Assembly: GCF_001194135.2 (NCBI RefSeq)
Contig: NC_068986.1
Span: forward strand, 40,598,586 to 40,662,585
Direction of reading: 5' to 3'
DNA from: Octopus bimaculoides
Taxonomy: Eukaryota
DNA: 64,000 bases
Shown here in pieces: positions 60,513 through 64,000 of the stretch; positions within the stretch are counted from its first letter, which is position 1; each line of letters starts with the position of its first letter. Both the position numbers and the translations under genes were made by a program. The notes under the pieces were generated by a model, which saw only the letters and a program-made list of their open reading frames with translations, was not told the origin of the DNA and did no database searches.

Positions 60513-62047
60513 CATAAGGTCTGGAGGTGGCAACATCTGTATTCTATGTTGGCATGTGTTTGATTCTACAGAATCAAACTAGCTAAAAGGCTGCATTGGT
60601 CTCCAGTGTCTGCTTTGACAAAGTTTTTATAGTCAGATGCCCTTCCTAATGCCAACCACTTCACAGATTGTACTGGGTGTCACTAGCACCAGTGAGGTCA
60701 ATAAATAGCTCTCAAGACATTCTGTTAGAGTTGGGGTGCACAGTTGAGGTAGTTGGCTTTGTACCATGTGTTGAAAATCTGGTGTATGATAGGAGACAGA
60801 AACAGGTGTTTGGGTGCAGTGGGGATACTTGGCTACCCCAGCAGAAAAAGATGAAAAGATGGCGGAGGTGAGGGTTTAGAATGTACCCTCAGTGTGCAAG
60901 ATGGGTAAAGAGAGAATGTAAAAATAAAGGCCCCATGAATGACCATGGGATCACACCAAAAAAGTTCCTCTCCGAGGCACAACCTTCTGGGCAAGGTTGT
61001 TTATGGAAGTTGTCCATGCATACCAGCTTCCCCTCTCTATGCCACTGATGTCATCCAAAGGAAAGGCAAAGGCTGATACAGCTTGACACCAGTGACATTG
61101 CAAATCATTTCTGCAGATGAGTAAACTGGAGCAACACAAACTCAAGTGTCTTGCTCAACACACAATTTGATCCAGGAATCAAACTCACTACCTCATGAAT
61201 TGTGAGCCTGATGCTCAAACCACTGAGCCATGCACCTTTACTAAAGAGAGAATAGGGACAGAGAATCGAAGATGGCTGGGTGGATAGGTAGGTTCATGAG
61301 GGTGTGAAAGGAGAGTGACAGATGGTAGAGATGAGGATAGAAGTGAATATAGTGAAGGATGAACATGAAAGGAGACAGGGTATGGACAATAATGAGTCTC
61401 AATATGGAGGAATGTGAGGAAAATAGGCGTGGGAAAGGAGGAGGATGTGATTTGTTGTAAAAATGGTTGGTAGAGAACAGCATAATAAAACCATAGGTAA
61501 ATGAGAAATAAGGAGATGAGCTGAAGAGGAATGGGGAGAGAAGCTACATAGAGACAGAGATCAGAGGCACACAGGGGTGGATATAGTAGGTTGCTGTAAA
61601 GAAGGTGTGGGGGTTAGTGACTGGCTTGAGCGGGTGTTCATAGTGAAGGAACATTCAGGGGAAATATAATGGCAAGGGTTGATGCTGAGAGTGCAAGATA
61701 TTTAACAGGTGAAGTTGTTTCAAGGGGTGGGATTACTGGAAGCATGGAACGTAGGGTGGGATATGTGCAGCTGTACTCTCATACAACCACAGTAACTGAG
61801 GAAATGGTGTTATTGTGAGAGGGGTGAAGGAGGGATGTATTTGTGTACATACACACACACACTCATACATATGCATATAATTTGATTCTGTCTTTTTTAC
61901 AGGCAAAAGCGCCGCTCTGCACCAGAATTTATTACACTTACCTTCACAAACCCTTCTTATCAAAGAACAAGTACAGAGACCATTGATACAGACCGCCAGT
62001 CTCGGAATAGTAATTCCTGGAGACTGTTTCGGTTTGATAGAGCAGAG
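591..62047 (+). CDS. LRP4: LDL receptor-related protein 4, partial multi-exon gene (27 exons in window, 5' and 3' ends outside)
   Basis: 27 exons with AG acceptors and GT donors (one GC) join with matching phases into a stop-free frame (4148 nt). Architecture is cbEGF, 4x(YWTD propeller+EGF), stalk, TM, NPSY, with strong resemblance to vertebrate LRP4 as I recall it. Confidence 0.95.
3196..3566 (+). mobile_element. Young tRNA-derived SINE (family A) with 12-bp TSD
   Basis: A box TGGCCCAGTGG, B box GGTTTCGATTCCC; TSD acattggacaga at 3184-3195 and 3567-3578. Confidence 0.9.
3964..4100 (+). repeat. Local tandem duplication (~65-69 bp x2)
   Basis: ctttgact...atgaggaagacattatgta twice. Confidence 0.85.
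4402..4632 (+). CDS. LRP4: LRP4 exon w2: propeller 1 start ([16 protein letters not shown]...[31 protein letters not shown])
   Basis: tgtag acceptor; donor must be AG|GCAAGT (GC-AG) to keep frame with the next exon. Confidence 0.93.
5988..6144 (+). CDS. LRP4: LRP4 exon w3 ([29 protein letters not shown]...HPGKG)
   Basis: ttttcag acceptor, gtaa donor, YWTD-type repeats. Confidence 0.95.
6424..6899 (+). mobile_element. 5'-truncated RTE-clade LINE: ORF2 C-terminus, 3'UTR and (GAT)n tail
   Basis: [15 protein letters not shown]...[20 protein letters not shown] motif, stop at 6636, tail gatgatgatg. Confidence 0.85.
6908..7102. mobile_element. pogo/Tigger-like MITE, inverted relative to 9102-9273
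   Basis: Reverse-complement match to 9102-9273. Confidence 0.6.
7246..7355. repeat. (TAA)n microsatellite
   Basis: Direct reading; many other (TA)n, (CA)n, (GA)n, (CAT)n arrays throughout. Confidence 0.95.
7943..8329 (+). mobile_element. SINE family A with 12-bp TSD
   Basis: TSD gatgcaagctca at 7931-7942 and 8330-8341. Confidence 0.9.
8901..9100 (+). mobile_element. SINE family B (ggcagcaagctggcagaa...gagttcaaattcc), representative copy
   Basis: Other copies: + ~9675, ~27920, ~33940, ~34145, ~42690, ~58141; - ~1592-1810, ~7358-7560, ~63010-63230; usually beside (TAA/ATT)n. Confidence 0.8.
9102..9273. mobile_element. pogo/Tigger-like MITE
   Basis: Imperfect TIRs agtaatccctc / gaggtatcactg followed by TA; inverted copy at ~6908-7102. 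Confidence 0.6.
9298..9658 (+). mobile_element. Helentron-associated (HINE/DINE-1-like) non-autonomous element
   Basis: 5' hairpin tacctccgcctt-agca-aaggcggaggta, GTTT/GTCT core, 3' gccttggcagggtttgcactctct, T-rich insertion site. Confidence 0.6.
11190..11545. repeat. Compound (GATA)n/(GA)n microsatellite
   Basis: Direct reading. Confidence 0.9.
13313..13530 (+). CDS. LRP4: LRP4 exon w4 ([20 protein letters not shown]...RRTIISQ)
   Basis: ctttag acceptor, gtaaat donor, phase 2-1. Confidence 0.95.
13703..14041. mobile_element. hAT-type MITE with perfect 8-bp TSD
   Basis: Ends caggagtactcaacc / gagaaccactg; gtttagat at 13695-13702 and 14042-14049. Confidence 0.8.
16497..17170 (+). mobile_element. 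Decayed RTE LINE 3' end with duplicated 3'UTR modules and (GAT)n tail
   Basis: Degenerate [16 protein letters not shown]; UTR closely matches 6640-6899. Confidence 0.8.
20253..20452 (+). mobile_element. Penelope-like terminal-repeat-type element carrying the hammerhead motif
   Basis: ~200 bp aligns by eye with 45295-45495; the PLE class is inferred from the hammerhead architecture. Confidence 0.5.
20298..20360 (+). ncRNA. Type I minimal hammerhead ribozyme-like motif (copy A)
   Basis: CUGAUGA 20316-22, stem II ATGAG/CTCTT (one U-U) with loop CAATAA, GAAA 20339-42, palindromic stem III ATATGCATAT, AUA triplet 20350-52, distal stem I AATGGG/CCCATT. Confidence 0.6.
20799..20975 (+). CDS. LRP4: LRP4 exon w5 ([24 protein letters not shown]...HPLRQPQ)
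   Basis: ctttaag acceptor, gtgagt donor. Confidence 0.95.
21073..21717. mobile_element. hAT-type MITE interrupted by a family C SINE
   Basis: Ends caatagttttcaacc / ggttgagaaacactg. Confidence 0.55.
21175..21574 (+). mobile_element. SINE family C (gcgcaggagtggctgtgtggtaag..., internal TA/TG microsatellite), representative copy
   Basis: Other copies: + ~19855, ~23730-24116, ~35455, ~54150, ~62095; - ~14100, ~22175-22530, ~32400, ~38560, ~39950, ~42295, ~47105, ~53620. Confidence 0.8.
24376..24926. other. Assembly gap (N run)
   Basis: N bases. Confidence 1.
24998..25378. repeat. Fold-back element with ~105-bp imperfect inverted arms
   Basis: Arms 24998-25102 and 25272-25378, e.g. aggaaaacatctttt/aaaagatgttttcct and aaaaccagtagac/gtctactggtttt. 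Confidence 0.8.
25755..25880 (+). CDS. LRP4: LRP4 exon w6: EGF ([42 protein letters not shown])
   Basis: tttcag acceptor, gtaagt donor, phase 1-1. Confidence 0.95.
27649..27857 (+). CDS. LRP4: LRP4 exon w7: propeller 2 start ([21 protein letters not shown]...AQWDGSQSE)
   Basis: long polypyrimidine tract plus AG, gtataa donor. Confidence 0.95.
28186..28373 (+). CDS. LRP4: LRP4 exon w8 ([28 protein letters not shown]...VEPYAR)
   Basis: ttcag acceptor, gtaag donor, phase 0-2. Confidence 0.95.
28457..28945 (-). mobile_element. RTE LINE 3' fragment
   Basis: [17 protein letters not shown] peptide plus tail. Confidence 0.75.
29081..29282 (+). CDS. LRP4: LRP4 exon w9 ([20 protein letters not shown]...LDGLYRK)
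   Basis: ttcaag acceptor, gtattt donor. Confidence 0.95.
30431..30620 (+). CDS. LRP4: LRP4 exon w10 ([25 protein letters not shown]...FHRGRPQ)
   Basis: ctgcag acceptor, gtatgt donor. Confidence 0.95.
30790..31310 (-). mobile_element. RTE LINE 3' fragment
   Basis: [31 protein letters not shown]. Confidence 0.75.
33023..33390 (+). mobile_element. SINE family A with 11-bp TSD (1 mismatch)
   Basis: actatgaaaga / actatgagaga flanks. Confidence 0.88.
33783..33914 (+). CDS. LRP4: LRP4 exon w11: EGF ([44 protein letters not shown])
   Basis: poly-T acag acceptor, gtgagt donor, phase 1-1. Confidence 0.95.
34410..34950 (-). mobile_element. ~540-bp non-coding element between TAA arrays (contains N gap)
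   Basis: Flanked by (TAT)n on both sides; partial opposite-orientation copy at ~29960-30130. Confidence 0.6.
34977..35150 (-). mobile_element. R4/Dong-like non-LTR retrotransposon 3' end followed by (TAA)n
   Basis: Minus strand [20 protein letters not shown] (stop 35077-79), ~100-nt UTR, then TAA repeats. Confidence 0.7.
35231..35368 (+). CDS. LRP4: LRP4 exon w12: propeller 3 start ([30 protein letters not shown]...DPIR)
   Basis: ttacag acceptor, gtaaag donor. Confidence 0.95.
36328..36586 (+). CDS. LRP4: LRP4 exon w13 ([20 protein letters not shown]...IHYEQG)
   Basis: ttgcag acceptor, gtaagt donor. Confidence 0.95.
37269..37341 (+). repeat. 24-bp tandem repeat x3 (aaaatgtttcaatgttgacgaatt)
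   Basis: Direct reading. Confidence 0.85.
38147..38309 (+). CDS. LRP4: LRP4 exon w14 ([20 protein letters not shown]...IWNDATTE)
   Basis: ctgcag acceptor, gtaagt donor. Confidence 0.95.
40275..40497 (+). CDS. LRP4: LRP4 exon w15 ([37 protein letters not shown]...HMDRT)
   Basis: ttctag acceptor, gtaact donor. Confidence 0.95.
40689..41588 (-). mobile_element. Decayed, internally deleted mariner transposon
   Basis: ~30-bp TIRs (tgaggtggcatcaaaaagttcctggact / agtccaggaactttttgataccaccaca), TA on both sides; minus-strand remnants [35 protein letters not shown]. Confidence 0.88.
42018..42149 (+). CDS. LRP4: LRP4 exon w16: EGF ([44 protein letters not shown])
   Basis: ttccag acceptor, gtgagc donor, phase 1-1. 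Confidence 0.95.
43620..43910 (+). mobile_element. RTE 3'UTR/tail copy
   Basis: Near-identical to 16880-17170; similar tails at ~46215-46500 (+), ~50035-50330 (-), ~35690-35880 (+). Confidence 0.75.
43940..44100 (+). mobile_element. Second, BovB-like RTE family fragment
   Basis: Frame not in ORF track: [46 protein letters not shown]. Confidence 0.7.
44285..44462 (+). CDS. LRP4: LRP4 exon w17: propeller 4 start ([20 protein letters not shown]...[11 protein letters not shown])
   Basis: tttcag acceptor, gtgagt donor. Confidence 0.95.
45129..45522. repeat. Long imperfect inverted repeat (arms ~45129-45297 and ~45337-45522) made of the hammerhead-bearing element
   Basis: Arms are reverse complements, e.g. 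cagattttctat/atagaaaatctg and catccaacccatcaact/agttgatgggttggat. Confidence 0.85.
45341..45403 (+). ncRNA. Type I minimal hammerhead ribozyme-like motif (copy B)
   Basis: CUGAUGA 45359-65, perfect stem II AAGAG/CTCTT, GAAA 45382-85, near-palindrome ATATGCATGT, GUA triplet 45393-95. Confidence 0.6.
45614..45726 (+). CDS. LRP4: LRP4 exon w18 ([37 protein letters not shown])
   Basis: tattag acceptor, gtaagt donor. Confidence 0.95.
46578..46683 (+). CDS. LRP4: LRP4 exon w19 ([36 protein letters not shown])
   Basis: tttcag acceptor, gtaaga donor. Confidence 0.95.
48760..48854 (+). CDS. LRP4: LRP4 exon w20 ([31 protein letters not shown])
   Basis: tttcag acceptor; the frame requires donor GTGGGT at 48855. 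Confidence 0.9.
49856..50004 (+). CDS. LRP4: LRP4 exon w21 ([32 protein letters not shown]...HPFGLSV)
   Basis: tttcag acceptor, gtaagt donor. Confidence 0.95.
50548..50853 (+). mobile_element. SINE family A variant: same head, different 3' half, poly-A tail
   Basis: Matches family A to ~50709, then a largely different tail ending gtgcat(A)10. Confidence 0.8.
51602..51746 (+). CDS. LRP4: LRP4 exon w22 ([23 protein letters not shown]...SPLRQT)
   Basis: tttcag acceptor, gtcagt donor. Confidence 0.95.
52572..53113. other. Assembly gap (N run)
   Basis: N bases; smaller gaps at 34617-34761, 53887-53976 and elsewhere. Confidence 1.
53441..53554 (+). CDS. LRP4: LRP4 exon w23: EGF ([38 protein letters not shown])
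   Basis: tcttag acceptor, gtaagg donor, phase 1-1. Confidence 0.95.
55339..55423 (+). CDS. LRP4: LRP4 exon w24: stalk ([29 protein letters not shown])
   Basis: ttctgcag acceptor, gtgagt donor, phase 1-2 fits both neighbours; low homology. Confidence 0.8.
55859..55917 (+). CDS. LRP4: LRP4 exon w25: 59-nt stalk exon ([20 protein letters not shown])
   Basis: long pyrimidine tract plus AG, gtaagt donor, phase 2-1, R-C-S-x6-G-L-C motif. Confidence 0.85.
56843..57227 (+). mobile_element. SINE family A with 13-bp TSD
   Basis: TSD attgttatcattt at 56830-56842 and 57228-57240. Confidence 0.9.
57515..57780 (+). repeat. Degenerate 28-bp minisatellite (~9 units, consensus ~catcagcagcttatgtgactgctagcta)
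   Basis: Recurring cagca...tgtgact...tag every ~28 nt. Confidence 0.75.
57926..58013 (+). CDS. LRP4: LRP4 exon w26: transmembrane ([30 protein letters not shown])
   Basis: ttccag acceptor, gtaaga donor, ~21-residue hydrophobic run followed by basic residues. Confidence 0.9.
59150..59877 (-). mobile_element. RTE LINE 3' fragment (longest in window)
   Basis: [19 protein letters not shown]...[12 protein letters not shown]...[14 protein letters not shown], one in-frame stop, (GAT)n tail. Confidence 0.85.
61903..62047 (+). CDS. LRP4: LRP4 exon w27: cytoplasmic, NPxY ([26 protein letters not shown]...RFDRAE)
   Basis: ttacag acceptor, gtaagt donor, FTNPSY motif. Confidence 0.9.
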
Positions 62048-62264
62048 GTAAGTACATTTCTTTTAGTTGTAACTTGCAGACAAAGAGGAGTCAAAAGGCA
62101 CAAGGTGTGACTGTGTGGTAAGAATTTTGCTTCCCAACCACATGATTTTGGGTTCAGTCTCACTGCAAGGCACCTTGGGCAAATGTTTTCTACCATAACT
62201 TCATGCTGACCAAAGCCTTGTAAGTGGATTTCGTAGACAGAAACTGAAAGAAGACCATTGTGTG

Positions 62265-62335
<71 letters not shown>

Positions 62336-62695
62336 CTTTGTGCTGGTGTTGGTTTGTTTACATCCCTTTAACTTAGCAGATCAGCGAAAAGAGTACCAGG
62401 CATAAAGTTAAAAGATGTATGTATGAGGTAGGTTTTTACTACAATAGAGCATCAACCTTTTTTAAAGTCCTACTTAATTCTCTGCTTAAAACACTTCAGA
62501 AAGCACCGCTTAGCACCAACCTTTAAATTCATAAAAAGGAACTTGTGATTCAGTAAAGGACAAGTTTTTAATGGAAAATTGCTGAGTTTGCTAACTTTTT
62601 GTTCTTTTTTGTAAATCACAAGAAATGTGTATGTTTTGTATTTATCTCTTGTTTCCATAGTATCAAACAAATAAGGGACAACTCTTCTTCTAGAT

Positions 62696-62780
62696 CAGTG
62701 GTTCCCAACCTGTGATCTGCGGACCCCTGGTGGTCCACAAAGTTAGTAGTTGGGGGTCTGTGAACTAAATTAAAAATTTC

Positions 62781-62811
<31 letters not shown>

Positions 62812-62895
62812 AGGATAAGCATATTAAAAGGAGTTCGTGGGAAAACTCATTGAAATAAAAGGGGTCCTTGGTAGTGAAAAGATTGGGGACCACTG
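62696..62895. mobile_element. hAT/Charlie-like MITE
   Basis: TIRs cagtggttcccaa / ttggggaccactg; flanks ttctagat / ctctaaac resemble the NTCTAGAN target. Confidence 0.75.
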
Positions 62896-64000
62896 CTCTA
62901 AACTTGAAATCTTCTTTAAGATCATTATGGGACTAATTACCAAACTAACAATGAATGAATTCATATCAAGAAATATCCAGTAACTGACTATTTGTCATAT
63001 ATAAGATGATATTGGTTTCAAATTTTGGCACAAAGCCAGCAGTTTGGGGTGGGGTGTGGGAAGTAAGTTGATTACATTACTCCAATGTTCAACTGGTACT
63101 TATTTTATCGACCCCTGAAAGGATGAAAGGTAAAGTTAACCTCAGCGGAATTTGAACTCAGAACATAAAGACAGACGAAATCCCACTAACCATTTTGTTT
63201 GGCATACTAATGATTCTGCCATCTCACCGCCTTATATATACAAGATAATATTAATTTTTGAAACTAGCTATTGGCCACAAATTTTAGAGGAGATCACAGT
63301 CAATGAAAAGAACTCCTAGTACTTGCTGTTATTAGAATATGTCTAAAATATTCCATTTGTGATTTGGTACTAAATATAACTGATACTAAGGATGTTTTTT
63401 AGTGCGAGAAAAGTATATTTTCTGACTGTATTTATTTTTACATTTATTCTGTGTGTCCAATTTACTTTTCCCTCTGAGTTAAAACAGTAATCTCTTTAGA
63501 TGGTGGGTAGCTGGAATCTTTTAGTTTTAAGATTTAAATACAAAATCTCTGGATGATTGACAGCAATCATAAAATATCATGCTCTCATTGAATCTTAGTT
63601 TTTGGTTGGAACAGAAGAAAGATCCAATAATGTTTTTTTATTTGTTTTATTGGATTCATCCATCGGATTATGTCATGTTGGAGAATAACTTTCTTAGAAT
63701 TGCCTGGTGGCCTCAAGGAAACTGTTGCTATTCTTTGTATGCTGTAGCTTGCTGACAGTAAATAAATACAACAGACCACAGTGCATTGCTTTACCCAGCA
63801 GTCTATGATGCTGTAAAGACAGTCCAGGTTCCCGGGTAAAATAGATCAAATTGGGTAGGTGAAAAGTACAGTGAACCTGGGTGGCACAGGATAGTTTATT
63901 TGGTACTCATTTACAACCTCTAGTATAAGCTCCACAATTATATAGCTGAGTGGTTAAGAAGCTCACTTCATAAACCAAATGGTTTTTGGTTTGATCCTAT

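Noticed and set aside
61240-61860. Purine-rich stretch, possibly a decayed Penelope RT on the minus strand
   Set aside because: Only a faint PFPQLLWL resemblance; too degenerate to support.
591-62047. Identity as LRP5/6 (arrow)
   Set aside because: A cbEGF precedes propeller 1, there are no LDLa repeats between the last EGF and the TM, and the visible tail has NPSY rather than PPPSP; this fits LRP4.
62048-64000. Further LRP4 exons
   Set aside because: No convincing phase-0 acceptor with an open frame and donor was found; the next exon is probably beyond the window.

Overview
Eukaryotic, AT-rich, microsatellite- and retroposon-dense genomic DNA with several N gaps. The repeat landscape suggests an octopus or other coleoid cephalopod; this is inference, not shown by the sequence. 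The window lies inside one + strand gene, LRP4. I reconstructed 27 consecutive exons (591-62047) that splice into one open frame of about 1,380 codons: Ca-binding EGF, four YWTD beta-propeller/EGF modules, a stalk with a CX9C motif, a transmembrane helix and a cytoplasmic FTNPSY motif. The 5' LDLa exons and the C-terminal end lie outside the window. One intron uses a GC donor. The introns hold tRNA-derived SINEs (some with target-site duplications), RTE LINE ends, an R4/Dong-like end, a decayed mariner, hAT-, piggyBac- and pogo-like MITEs, a Helentron-type element and fold-back sequences. The most notable unannotated signal is a Penelope-like repeat present twice (~20.3 kb and ~45.4 kb). Each copy carries a type I minimal hammerhead-ribozyme core on the pre-mRNA strand. 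In one copy the core sits inside a ~170-bp inverted repeat whose other arm lacks the catalytic core. Coordinates were read by hand, and repeat boundaries are approximate.
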